This document shows, piece by piece, positions 10,826 to 20,275 of a DNA stretch of 64,000 bases. Both the position numbers and the translations under genes were made by a program. This DNA is from Sumerlaeia bacterium (GTDB lineage: Bacteria; Sumerlaeota; Sumerlaeia; SLMS01; JAHLLQ01): NCBI GenBank assembly GCA_040219255.1, contig JAVJSW010000039.1, positions 125,120 through 189,119 of the forward strand, given 5' to 3'. Each line of letters starts with the position of its first letter. The stretch's first letter is position 1. The notes under the pieces were generated by a model. The model saw nothing but the letters and a program-made list of their open reading frames with translations, was not told where the DNA came from and ran no database searches.

Positions 10826-12058
10826 CTACCGCGCCTGCGCCGCGACGCGCACGAAATCGGCCGCGTCCAGCACCGTGTCGTCGTTCGCGTCGAGCCGCGG
10901 CTCAATCTCGAACGTCGGCACGCACCCGCACGTCATCACGTCGGCGATGGACCGGCGGATGACGCCGGGGCTGGGGGTGGCGAAGTTCGTCCAATCGTGT
11001 TGAAAAGGCCCGGCGCCTGGCATCGGAGCATCAAGGTCGGATGTGATCAGGACATCCCGCAGGTAAGAATTGTCATCCTCGATATCGAAGCGAATCGTTT
11101 CCGTTGTGAAGCCATCCACCTTCAGGTGAACCCGCATCGGGCCAAACGGCACATCCAGGCCAAACCGGGCTTCATTCGATCCGTTCGAGGCCGTGGCATG
11201 ATCCCCCCAATGCAATTCAAAGTCATTGAAGGGGCCGCCTTCTGATGGGAGGGGATAGGTGTAGGAATCTGAGACCAGGGATTGCAGCACATTTCCCAGC
11301 AGATACTCCGCCGTGACGGTGACTGTGGTTCCTGGGTTGTCGAAGATTTTCTGGTCGTCCACGATGAGGGAAGGAAGTTGCCGGCTGTGGGCGACCCAGG
11401 CTGTCAGTTGAATTGTAAGCCTTGAAAGCAGTGATGACTCGCCCTTTTGAACTTCGTAATTTCGCCAGGGACTCTCAATCAATTCCGTCCCCCGGGTTGG
11501 TACAATCCAGTTGATGTCTTGTCCGGCGATGTGGGCCGCAAACCAAGTAAACCCGCTAACGCATTTCCCCTCCCCGGGAAAGCCGATGCCGGATGCGCGG
11601 AACGACAAAGGCGTGCCGGGTTCGACGGGAAGCTCCACGCCGAAGTCGAGCCCGCTCTCCGGGTCTGCGTCCATGGTGGCAGGTCCTGAACCATTGATCC
11701 AGACCAGCAGTTCATCCTCCGCTTGGTTCTCGCGGGGGCGAACCGTTATGCCCAGCCGGCTATCCAAATCGTAGAACGAGCTGACCCGGAAATACACCAA
11801 GCGGAAATCGATATCCCCCGCACCCGCTACCCCCGGCATCACGCAGGCGGCCAGCGCCGGAGCCAGTAACCCGGCCCACCGGAGACGGGACTTTCGATTC
11901 TTTCTTGATCGCGTCTGGAGCGGGAAATTGATTGGCGATGTCACGGCGGCAGGGGAACTCGGCAGCAAAAGTGTGAGCTTCAAATTTGAGAGCGATGAAA
12001 GCCAGGCCTCGAACCGTTGGCAATCGCAGAGTGACAGGGCGCCACCAGATTTCGCCAC
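10826..12058 (-). CDS. Secreted hypothetical protein with C-terminal dockerin-like motif
   Basis: Signal-like segment (RWAGLLAPALAACVMPGVAGA). C-terminus LDANDDTVLDAADFV. True start probably downstream of 12058 (e.g. GTG11944). Confidence 0.6.
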   Translation of the reverse strand: MAKSGGALSLCDCQRFEAWLSSLSNLKLTLLLPSSPAAVTSPINFPLQTRSRKNRKSRLRWAGLLAPALAACVMPGVAGAGDIDFRLVYFRVSSFYDLDSRLGITVRPRENQAEDELLVWINGSGPATMDADPESGLDFGVELPVEPGTPLSFRASGIGFPGEGKCVSGFTWFAAHIAGQDINWIVPTRGTELIESPWRNYEVQKGESSLLSRLTIQLTAWVAHSRQLPSLIVDDQKIFDNPGTTVTVTAEYLLGNVLQSLVSDSYTYPLPSEGGPFNDFELHWGDHATASNGSNEARFGLDVPFGPMRVHLKVDGFTTETIRFDIEDDNSYLRDVLITSDLDAPMPGAGPFQHDWTNFATPSPGVIRRSIADVMTCGCVPTFEIEPRLDANDDTVLDAADFVRVAAQAR

Positions 12059-12079
12059 TTAATGGATGACTTTCATGCG

Positions 12080-12108
12080 TTGACAGATTCGGCGGCGCGT
12101 TATACTTT
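12080..12108 (+). promoter_or_regulatory. Sigma70-type promoter for the vWA gene
   Basis: TTGACA(12080-85)-17 nt-TACTTT, overlapping TATACT. Confidence 0.5.
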
Positions 12109-12142
12109 GATAATGAAATATGTCCACCGGAGCCCCCTTCCC

Positions 12143-13993
12143 ATGCTTACTCCGCTCTGGCGCGCGGTGCTGCCGCTGCTCTTTCTCGGAGCCGTGATGG
12201 TACCCCGCGCCGCCCACGCCGTCCCCGAAGTCACCTATTATCTGGTGGATCGGTCGCTTTCCATGAACTCCTCGGCGCGCGATGGGCGAGCGTTGCTGGA
12301 TCATGCGCGGTCGCGGGCGTTGACGTCGATTTCCCGCAAGCCCCCGATCCAGGACCGCCGCCGGGTGGTGCTGATTTTCTTCGACTCGGACCCGACCCGC
12401 GCGAACCGCATCGAAATTGCCGAGGCGGATCTGGCGAACGTGGAAAGTCTGCTGGCGACGAACTTCATGGCGCGCGGCAAGCACACGGTGGTCGGCGCGC
12501 GGATCGAGGAAATCCGCCGCGAACTGCTCGCCCTGCGGCCCGCCAAGGCGGAGATTCATCTGTTCAGCGATTTGCAGGAAAACTTCCACGGTCTGCCCGC
12601 CGAAGCCGCGACGCCGATTTCGCTCCAGGCCGCGCTCGACCGCCTGCTCGGCGACGTGGGCACGGACCGGGGCGCCACGGCGCTGCTGTTCTATCTCTAC
12701 GCCCCGCCGGCGATGCAACTCCGGCCCGGGTCGTTCGCTTCCACAGACAGCGATGGCATCGAATACCAGCTCGAATTCCCGCCGGACCGCGTTCTGTTTC
12801 GCGACATCGCGCGGCCATTGGTCGAGGCATTTCTCGACGCTCCGTCGGCAACGCCGGTCTTTCGCATCGCCGAGGAACGCGTCGGCGCGGCGACGGGAGC
12901 CATCGCCGAGGTCCGTCTGTCGGGATTCCTGGAACCGCTGCTGAGCAGCCGGGGCGCCCGCCTGGCCATTCGCGGTCACTTGGAAATCGAGGACGGTCAG
13001 CGATTCGTGCTGCGCCTGAACGATCAGACGCAGCTCGATGTGACGCCCGGGTCTTCGCGCTTCGGGCCGATGACGGTGGTGGCGGAGTTGCCGCCAGCCG
13101 TGCCGTTCGCCGACCTGGAGAGCGGCGCGCGGCGCGCCTTTGTGATTCTCGAACCCATCCTTTCGGCGATTCCCCGTCCGTTGGAAGCGGAAGATGTGGA
13201 CGGCGGGGTTCCGCTTCGCGTCGGGGCCCGGTTCGCCTATCGGCCGCGCATGGAGATCGCCGGTCATCGCGGCGACGAAACGATCGCCTTCAACGAACTG
13301 CTCGATGGGGCCCCTTGCTGGATGGATTTCGAGCTTCTCTGGAACGCTTCGGTGGAGGACGAGATCCTGGCGTGGCGGCTCGATCCGGTGGTTCCCCAGA
13401 TCACGCGGTTGCTGGATGGCGCCGGCCGGCGCCAGGGCCAGGCGTTCCTGGTGCCCACGGGCCTCGGACAGCGGCGGGCCACCTACACGCTGCACTGGGA
13501 CAATTTGCGACCCTACCATGGGGCCTTCGTCGTCGAGACGGCGGGCGGCGAGGAACTGATTCGCCAGCCGCTGGCCATCACGACCGCCGAGCCGAGGCTG
13601 GAACTGGCGGGCGAAGCCATCGCCGCTTCGAACCTGACGCCTGGGGGCAAGGCTCTGGTGCCGTTCCGGCTGACCGGGAACAACGCGGTGGAGGGGCTTT
13701 TCATGCCTTGGCGCCTCGAACCTCCGCCGCCCTTCCTAATCCGCCTTCTGCGGGGCGACGGCACCGTTTTTCCGCAGCGCACGGCCATCGCGATTTCCCA
13801 AACGGATAGCGGCGTGCTGGCCTTTGGAATTCAGGGGGCGCGGGATTACGAGGGCGAGTTGGTCTTTACTCTCAATCCTCCGAACCGGGAACCGGCGGAC
13901 GTGCGCATTCCGGTGCGGATCGAGGTGCGAGGGGATGCGCCGGCGACGGGAACGCTGACGGCGGAGGCGGGAATTCCAGCCATCTCGCCGTGA
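12143..13993 (+). CDS. Secreted von Willebrand factor A (vWA) domain protein
   Basis: Signal peptide ending AAHA, MIDAS-like LVDRSLS, later 'LFSD'. Start estimated within ORF 12062..13993. Confidence 0.65.
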   Translation: MLTPLWRAVLPLLFLGAVMVPRAAHAVPEVTYYLVDRSLSMNSSARDGRALLDHARSRALTSISRKPPIQDRRRVVLIFFDSDPTRANRIEIAEADLANVESLLATNFMARGKHTVVGARIEEIRRELLALRPAKAEIHLFSDLQENFHGLPAEAATPISLQAALDRLLGDVGTDRGATALLFYLYAPPAMQLRPGSFASTDSDGIEYQLEFPPDRVLFRDIARPLVEAFLDAPSATPVFRIAEERVGAATGAIAEVRLSGFLEPLLSSRGARLAIRGHLEIEDGQRFVLRLNDQTQLDVTPGSSRFGPMTVVAELPPAVPFADLESGARRAFVILEPILSAIPRPLEAEDVDGGVPLRVGARFAYRPRMEIAGHRGDETIAFNELLDGAPCWMDFELLWNASVEDEILAWRLDPVVPQITRLLDGAGRRQGQAFLVPTGLGQRRATYTLHWDNLRPYHGAFVVETAGGEELIRQPLAITTAEPRLELAGEAIAASNLTPGGKALVPFRLTGNNAVEGLFMPWRLEPPPPFLIRLLRGDGTVFPQRTAIAISQTDSGVLAFGIQGARDYEGELVFTLNPPNREPADVRIPVRIEVRGDAPATGTLTAEAGIPAISP

Positions 13994-13996
13994 TTC

Positions 13997-14527
13997 TCAA
14001 AACGGCCCAACGGATTTCCACGTCGCTCCCTGGGCCGCGGCATGTTCCTTCGCCCAGGTTTCATAGGCGGGGAAGCCGTCGGGCAGGGGGGTTTTGGGCA
14101 GCGTCTTGTGCTCCGGATGGCAGTCCTGACAGCCGAAGCCGGCGGCGTCGTGGAGGGCGAAATAGTATTCGGTGCGGCGCTTCGCTTCGTCTTCCGGCTG
14201 GCCCCGTTTTTTCCATTCCTCGACAAAAAGTTCGACGTAGCGTTCGCGCGGGGCGTAGTTGCTGAACTCGCCGTGGCAGTAGGAGGAATAGCACCCCATC
14301 TGGGTGGTGTAGGGGGCGCCCACGCCGGTCTTCTTGTGGCATTTGTGACAGGGGTAGTCCTCGCCCTGGTGCCAGACATCGGGGTGCATGTTGAGGTCCA
14401 TGTCGGCCACATAGAGGCGGGGGTTGTCTTTTCCGGCCTGGAAGAGCCAGCCGGTGACGCCGAGGGACACCATGACGGCGGCCAGGCTGAGGTAGCGGGG
14501 GACGCGCTTTTCGCTCGCGATCGCCAT
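13997..14527 (-). CDS. Membrane-anchored small multiheme (triheme) c-type cytochrome
   Basis: N-terminal TM helix. CHKCH, CYSSYCH (CX4CH) and CQDCH, plus extra His residues as candidate distal ligands. ATG14527 lies 14 nt after the kinase stop. Confidence 0.8.
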   Translation of the reverse strand: MAIASEKRVPRYLSLAAVMVSLGVTGWLFQAGKDNPRLYVADMDLNMHPDVWHQGEDYPCHKCHKKTGVGAPYTTQMGCYSSYCHGEFSNYAPRERYVELFVEEWKKRGQPEDEAKRRTEYYFALHDAAGFGCQDCHPEHKTLPKTPLPDGFPAYETWAKEHAAAQGATWKSVGPF

Positions 14528-14541
14528 GGATGGGGAGCCTT

Positions 14542-16647
14542 TCAGGAACCGAGCTTGATCGAGACGTAGATATGCAGAATGGCCAGAACGATGAAGAAGA
14601 TGGCCAGCGGGTAGTGGACGAGGCGCCAGCCCGACAGGAGCTGGGCGGAGAGAAGCGACAGCATGCGGGTGCGTTCGTTGGTCTCGCCGCTGCCGCGCAG
14701 ATTGAGTTCGGACACGAGCAGTTGGCGCCGCAGTTGGCGGAAGATGACGAGGCCGACGGCGCCGCTGACGGCGGTGACGAAGAGCACCGAGCCCATGAGC
14801 ACGGACAGCCAGGGCGGGGCGGCCTCTCCCCCGGGGGCGAGACCCCGGAGCCAATTGCCGGAGTGTATCAGCAGCATCATGACCGCCGGAACGGCTGTGG
14901 CGATGTGCGTGTAGAGCCAGGCGCGGAGGCTGCCGATGACGGGAACCTGCTTCTTGCGCGCGAGGGCGACGTAGAAAATGCAGAACAGGGAGAAGCCGAG
15001 CAGGTACGTTCCGGCGTCGCCGATCCAGTCGAGAAAGGCGGAGAGTCCGGCGTTGCGCAGGGAGCTTTCTCCCAGGATGCCGCCCGCGGTGATGGTGAGC
15101 CAGATCGCCGCGACGAGCAGGCCCTGGAGCAGCATGGACTTTTTTTCCTTCTTGCCGAAGCGGCGCAGCGAATCGCCGAGCAGTTGGTTGGCGCCGGCGT
15201 TCGACATGCGCCGCGAAGTGGACGAGTCGGAAAGGACCTTCTGCCAGGCTTCGTAGCAGGCGTCGAAATCCTTGAAGCGTTTAGCCGGGTCTTTATCCAG
15301 CATGCGCTGGATGACTCGGTCGACGGAGCGCGGAAGCTCCTCGTTGAGGGAGGACGGCGCGGGCGCGGGCGCGTTGATATGCTGGTCGATGATGTCGGCC
15401 ATTTTCTGTCCGGTGAAAGGCATCTTGCCCGTGAGGGCATAGAAGAGAGTGACGCCGAGGGAATATTGGTCCGTGGCGGGGGTCAGGGGGAGCATCTGAC
15501 ACTGCTCGGGGGAAGCGAACAGGAGCGTTCCAGCGAAGCCGTAATCCTTTTCCTGGAACGCGGCGGCGGCTTCGGCGAGACCGAAGTCGACGATTTTCAG
15601 GTCGCCGTTCTCGTCCACCATCATGTTGGCGGGTTTGATGTCGCGGTGGATCAGGCCGTCTTCGGCGGTGCGGCCAAGGGCGCTGCACGCCTGGCAGGCG
15701 ATGTTGGCGACCACTTCGATGGGCATACCGCCCCCGCTGTCCTTGGCCAGGTCTTTCAGGGTCTTGCCGTTGATGTGCTCCATCGTGAAGAAAGCGTTTC
15801 CGTTTTCTTCGAAGATCTCGAAAATCTTCACGATGCGGGCGTGGTTGATGGCTGCCAGGGTTTGGGCTTCTTTGCGGAAGGCCGCGACGAAGGCTCCGGC
15901 GGAGGCGCGGCGGGGCACTTCGAGACGCTTCATCGCCACGTAGCGGTTGAGCGAGACCTGCTTGGCGAGGTAGACGTCGCCCTGGCCGCCGCTGCCGAGG
16001 CGGTCGAGGATGATGTGGCGGGCGAGGACCTGGCCGATCATTTCGCTCTTGAGGCGAGAGGTCGAAAGGCGCAGGCGCTCTTCGTCGGTGAGCGTGTGTG
16101 AGAGGTCGTTGGCCGGATCGAAGACGGTGCTGGGGTTGGAAAGGCTGGGGGCCTGGCTGAGTCCGGCCATTTGGCTGTCGACGATGGTGGCGTCGCCAGA
16201 GGCCACGGGAGCCATCGGATTGCTGGGGCGGCTCTCGCGAAGGGGAGCGGCCTGGGTGCGGAAAGGGTCCGGTTGGGCCTCCGCCGCCGCCGCGCCGAAG
16301 GCGTCGGCGCGGTCGACTCGGGTGTCTGACGGCACGCGGATCAGGGTGTCGGCGTCGGGCATTTCGGCGGGCAGATGCTCGCGGAGCTTGGGAGTGGCGA
16401 GGATGTCGAGCAGTTCTTGGAGATTGCCCCGTTCCTTCGGGGAGAGGTTGGCGTTCTCCGCCAGAAGATCGGCCAGGGCCATGGGCGGGTCGGCCTGGTG
16501 CTGCGCCTCGACCAGCAAGTCGTAGTGATGGGGTTGGAAGAGATCGTGACGGACGAGTATTCCAAAGAGGAGAAAATCCTCCTTGTAAAGGAAATGGCGC
16601 CGTTCGTCATCGGCGAGAGTGGGGGCGAGGAGCGTCTTGTCATCCAT
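14542..16647 (-). CDS. Ser/Thr protein kinase fused to a 5-TM cytochrome b/ferric reductase-like heme-binding domain
   Basis: GSGGQG, VAMK, HRDIKPAN, DFG, SPE. C-terminal TM helices contain WLYTH-x13-H and WRLVH-x13-H. Confidence 0.88.
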   Translation of the reverse strand: MDDKTLLAPTLADDERRHFLYKEDFLLFGILVRHDLFQPHHYDLLVEAQHQADPPMALADLLAENANLSPKERGNLQELLDILATPKLREHLPAEMPDADTLIRVPSDTRVDRADAFGAAAAEAQPDPFRTQAAPLRESRPSNPMAPVASGDATIVDSQMAGLSQAPSLSNPSTVFDPANDLSHTLTDEERLRLSTSRLKSEMIGQVLARHIILDRLGSGGQGDVYLAKQVSLNRYVAMKRLEVPRRASAGAFVAAFRKEAQTLAAINHARIVKIFEIFEENGNAFFTMEHINGKTLKDLAKDSGGGMPIEVVANIACQACSALGRTAEDGLIHRDIKPANMMVDENGDLKIVDFGLAEAAAAFQEKDYGFAGTLLFASPEQCQMLPLTPATDQYSLGVTLFYALTGKMPFTGQKMADIIDQHINAPAPAPSSLNEELPRSVDRVIQRMLDKDPAKRFKDFDACYEAWQKVLSDSSTSRRMSNAGANQLLGDSLRRFGKKEKKSMLLQGLLVAAIWLTITAGGILGESSLRNAGLSAFLDWIGDAGTYLLGFSLFCIFYVALARKKQVPVIGSLRAWLYTHIATAVPAVMMLLIHSGNWLRGLAPGGEAAPPWLSVLMGSVLFVTAVSGAVGLVIFRQLRRQLLVSELNLRGSGETNERTRMLSLLSAQLLSGWRLVHYPLAIFFIVLAILHIYVSIKLGS

Positions 16648-16709
16648 AGGTAGGGACCGTGCTGGGATGGAGCCGTAAGGTCAAGCCAGCACCGCTGGCG
16701 CGAAAGGAT

Positions 16710-16738
16710 TTGTCCGGCAAGGGACAGAGAGGTAATAT
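16710..16738 (+). promoter_or_regulatory. Sigma70-type promoter for the DUF547 gene
   Basis: TTGTCC-17 nt-TAATAT. Confidence 0.45.
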
Positions 16739-16848
16739 TGCCCGGAAAGACAAAAAGCCGGTGGAGGGGTTCTCGATCAGGGAACGATTACTGCTCCCGC
16801 CGGGAATCCGTCACCAGAAAAATGTCGCTGAGAGGCCTTCCATTCGAA

Positions 16849-18123
16849 ATGTCGATCTTCAAGAGCAAAAATGAAATTGTCCTGTTTATGATCGTGCTTG
16901 GGGGAACGCTCCTGGCCATGATCGCCGTGCTACTGGTCGAGCCCGAACCGTCACAAGCGGGCGGCGAGGGAGAAAGCCATGCCGCCACCGGCGCGGTGGA
17001 CGGAGCCGGTGCATCCACCTCCGGGAGCGAGGGCGCGGGTTCGCGGCCCGCCACCGGAACGGCCTCGCGGCCTGCGGGCTCAGGCCCGGCCAGCCGTCCA
17101 AGCGGACCGGCCTCGCGCCCGGCGGCGACGATCGTGACCCCCGCCCCGACTCCCCGGCCCACTCCGGAACCGTCAGCCACGCCCGCGCCGCAGCCAACCG
17201 CGGAATCCGTGTCCGCCGAGTTGGCGGAGGCAATGCCCGAGACGCCTGCGGAACCCTCCGTTGCGCAGGGAGACTTGAGATTGCGCCCGGCCAACGACGG
17301 CGTGTTGACGCCAGCCGAAGTCACGCTGGAGGCGCTCATGCCGGTCGAGACGTACCAGTCGCTCCTCGACGCCTACGTCCGCGGCCGCGGAGTCGATTAT
17401 GAAGCTTTGGTGGCGCAAGGGCGCGACGATCTGACGCGGGTGACGGACGCGATGGCCGAGGCGAAAGCGCGGATCCAAACCGCCGAAGTGTACTCCGATC
17501 CCGCGTCGCACGAATACCGCACACTGACGGCCTTCCTCATCAACGCCTACAACGCGCTGACGCTTGAGACGATCGTCGATCATTATCCGCTGAACAGCAT
17601 CATGGATATCGACAAACCCTGGGACACGCCGCTGCCGTTTATGGGGCGCGAGGCGACGCTCAATGAAATCGAGCACGAGATGCTGCGCCTCAACAAAGCG
17701 TCCGAAGAGATGCGTCGGCAGTTCGTCGACCCCCGGCTGCACTTCGCGGTGAACTGCGCCAGCGTCGGCTGTCCGATCCTCCAGCCCGTGGTGTTCACGG
17801 CGGACAACGTCGAGGAACTCTACGACCAGGGCGTCCGGGATTTCATGAGCGATCCCACGAAGTACCGCTTAGAGAACGGCACGCTGCATATCAGCCAACT
17901 GCTCGACTGGTACGGCGAGGACTTTCAGCTTCAATTCGAAAACGCGGACGCGGCGGAGAACCTGCGCCGGCGCGGCGTGGACAACGCGGACAAGTGGGCC
18001 GCGGTCGGAACGTTCTTCGCCGAATACGAGGACGACTCCGCGACGGCGGAGGCCCTTCGGAGCGGAGAGTTTTGGGTGGAATTGCTGGAGTACGACTGGA
18101 GCCTGAACCGGGCGGCTCGCTAG
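16849..18123 (+). CDS. DUF547 domain protein with N-terminal membrane anchor and low-complexity linker
   Basis: AFLINAYNALT, TLNEIEH, DPRLHFAVNCASVGCP, YDWSLN. Start estimated. Confidence 0.85.
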   Translation: MSIFKSKNEIVLFMIVLGGTLLAMIAVLLVEPEPSQAGGEGESHAATGAVDGAGASTSGSEGAGSRPATGTASRPAGSGPASRPSGPASRPAATIVTPAPTPRPTPEPSATPAPQPTAESVSAELAEAMPETPAEPSVAQGDLRLRPANDGVLTPAEVTLEALMPVETYQSLLDAYVRGRGVDYEALVAQGRDDLTRVTDAMAEAKARIQTAEVYSDPASHEYRTLTAFLINAYNALTLETIVDHYPLNSIMDIDKPWDTPLPFMGREATLNEIEHEMLRLNKASEEMRRQFVDPRLHFAVNCASVGCPILQPVVFTADNVEELYDQGVRDFMSDPTKYRLENGTLHISQLLDWYGEDFQLQFENADAAENLRRRGVDNADKWAAVGTFFAEYEDDSATAEALRSGEFWVELLEYDWSLNRAAR

Positions 18124-19067
18124 GATCGCCCCGCCGCGTCGCCGCACACGTTCCTGAGTTTTCCCACCTTCTCGATTTCCACAACGACCTCGTCGCCGAT
18201 TTTCAGGAACCGTTGCGGCGAGCGATAAAGTCCGACGCCGCCGGGGGTGCCGGTGCTGATGATGTCGCCCGGTTCGAGGGTCATGACGGCGCTGATGTGG
18301 GCGATCAGTTCCTGAACCTTGAAAACCAGATTCCCGGTGTTCGAGGACTGCATCGTCTTGCCATTGAGCTTCATGGTGATGGCGAGGGCGTGGGGGTCGC
18401 CGACTTCGTCGGGCGTGACGAGCGCCGGACCGCAGGGCCCGGAGCCATCGAAGCCCTTGGCGCGGCTCCATTGCTTTTCCCGGGCCTGGAGGCTGCGGGC
18501 GCTGACGTCGTTCATGCACATGTAACCGGCGACGTGTTTGAGGGCGCTGCGCTTGGAAACGGCGCGGGCTTCCTTGCCAATGACGACGGCCAGCTCGGCC
18601 TCGTAATCGATCTGATCGTCGAGACCGAGGGGCAGCGGGATGGTGGCTTCGTGGCCGATCAGGGAGGTGGCGAATTTGTTGAAGACGATGGGGAATTCGG
18701 GCACGGGCTTGTTCTGCTCTTCGCAGTGATCGCGATAGTTGAGGCCGATGCAGAGGACCTTGCCGGGGCGGCGCACCGGCGGAAGGTAGGTGACGTCTTT
18801 GGCCGGAATGAGGAACGGCAGGCCGTCGGCCTCGCTGGCCCCGGCGAGGGTCTTGGGCTTTTCGGCGATCAGTTGGAGGAGCTTGCGCAGGGCCTTCTCC
18901 GACCTGGGCCAATCGGCCAAGTACGCCATCATGTCCGCGAGGCCGTCACGCTCTTTCTTTGACAGCGCGAACGCCTCGGCGGCGGCGGCCACGCGCAGGA
19001 TTTTCGTGCGGATTTCGACGCCGAAAAAGACTCCGGTGGCTTCGGTCTGGACGGTGCAGAGGCGCAT
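18120..19067 (-). CDS. Fumarylacetoacetate hydrolase family protein
   Basis: KVLCIGLNYRDH, DYEAELAVVIG, NDVSAR, KGFD, PGDIISTGTPGGVG. Confidence 0.95.
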   Translation of the reverse strand: MRLCTVQTEATGVFFGVEIRTKILRVAAAAEAFALSKKERDGLADMMAYLADWPRSEKALRKLLQLIAEKPKTLAGASEADGLPFLIPAKDVTYLPPVRRPGKVLCIGLNYRDHCEEQNKPVPEFPIVFNKFATSLIGHEATIPLPLGLDDQIDYEAELAVVIGKEARAVSKRSALKHVAGYMCMNDVSARSLQAREKQWSRAKGFDGSGPCGPALVTPDEVGDPHALAITMKLNGKTMQSSNTGNLVFKVQELIAHISAVMTLEPGDIISTGTPGGVGLYRSPQRFLKIGDEVVVEIEKVGKLRNVCGDAAGRS

Positions 19068-19211
19068 GGCGGGGGGAGCTTTCTGTGCGGGGGCAAAGGT
19101 TCGGTTGGCGGAGGCAGCGCCTCGCCTTGCGTCTTTGCCTACGGCTGAGGCAGGGATTGGGGCAAAGGAAGACTGGCGCGAAAACGCGCCGCCGCCAAAG
19201 GACCCCTAACG

Positions 19212-19889
19212 ATGACCGCCGCCTTCTCCCCCGCCGCCCTGATTTCCGTCGAGGTACGGTCGCTCAACGTCGGCGTGCCGCGCGTACTGATCGATCAGAA
19301 CGGCCGCGAATACGAGTCCTCCATCGCCCGCCAGCCCGTCGCCGGGCCGGTCGAGCTGACCGCCGAGGGCTTTGCCGGCGACGGTTGCAGCTACAAGGGC
19401 CACGCCGGTCCGAACATGAAGGTGAACGCCTTTCCCGAGGAGAGTTACCGGATCCTGGAAGCCCGGGCCGGACAGACCCTGCCGGTGCCCGGTTTCGGCG
19501 AGAACCTGTCGCTCGGCGTTGGCTATGGCGACGGTGAAGCCCGCATCGGCGACATGGCGCGCCTGGGCACGGCGGTGCTCCAGGTCAGCCAGCCGCGCGA
19601 GCCCTGTGGCAACGTGACCCGTTTCCTGGGGCTGACGAAAGTTCTGCGGTGGATGGCGGAGGAGTCGGTGAGCGGATTTTACTTCCGGGTGCTGGAATCG
19701 GGGACGGTGGCGCCCGGCGACCGCCTGGAGGTGATCGAGCGGGGCGCCGACGAGCGTTGGACGATCATGGCGCTGAACCGCATGATGGGGGGCCGGGAGG
19801 GCGATGAGGCCACAATTGCCGAACTCCTGGATTGCGCCGCGTTGTCGGAAAACTGGAAAAAGTCGTTCAAGAAACAAAGATCCCGTTAG
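19212..19889 (+). CDS. MOSC domain protein (YiiM-like) with 3-alpha domain
   Basis: GFGENL, IGD..RLG.A.LQVSQPREPC, GFYFRVLE.G.V.PGD. Confidence 0.88.
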   Translation: MTAAFSPAALISVEVRSLNVGVPRVLIDQNGREYESSIARQPVAGPVELTAEGFAGDGCSYKGHAGPNMKVNAFPEESYRILEARAGQTLPVPGFGENLSLGVGYGDGEARIGDMARLGTAVLQVSQPREPCGNVTRFLGLTKVLRWMAEESVSGFYFRVLESGTVAPGDRLEVIERGADERWTIMALNRMMGGREGDEATIAELLDCAALSENWKKSFKKQRSR

Positions 19890-19909
19890 ATCGAAAGGAC
19901 TCGATCCCC

Positions 19910-20197
19910 ATGCCCCTGTTCGTCATCATCGGCCGCGACGCGCCCGACAGCAAAGACAAACGCCCCGCCGCCCGTGCGGATCATCTGGAATATTGGAAGC
20001 CCCTCGACGAAGCCGGGCGCGTCGTCGTGGCGGGCCCGTTGGCGGATTTCGCGGGTTCCCTCTTCGTCTTCCAGGCCGAAAACATCGAGGAAGCGGTCGA
20101 GATTGCGGACAACGACCCCTACGTCGCCGCCGGCGTCTTCGAATCCAGCGAAGTCCACGGCTTCAAGGGCGTTCTGCCGAATTTGGTTTATGGGTAA
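19910..20197 (+). CDS. YciI family protein
   Basis: R...RADHLEY, AGPL, GSL, DPYVAAGVF. Confidence 0.88.
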   Translation: MPLFVIIGRDAPDSKDKRPAARADHLEYWKPLDEAGRVVVAGPLADFAGSLFVFQAENIEEAVEIADNDPYVAAGVFESSEVHGFKGVLPNLVYG

Positions 20198-20211
20198 GGG
20201 GTGGTTCTATT

Positions 20212-20275
20212 ACCACAGAGTGACACGGAGGACAGAGGTTTCACAGAGATCGAGAAAATAACCGGTCCTCTGTCA
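20212..20275. repeat. Short 'cacagag' periodic intergenic repeat/hairpin
   Basis: accacagagtgacacggaggacagaggtttcacagag; gacagagg pairs with cctctgtc. Lies between convergent genes. Confidence 0.35.

Noticed and set aside
17035-17200. SRPA/SRPS and PTP repeats in the DUF547 protein
   Set aside because: Ordinary low-complexity linker.
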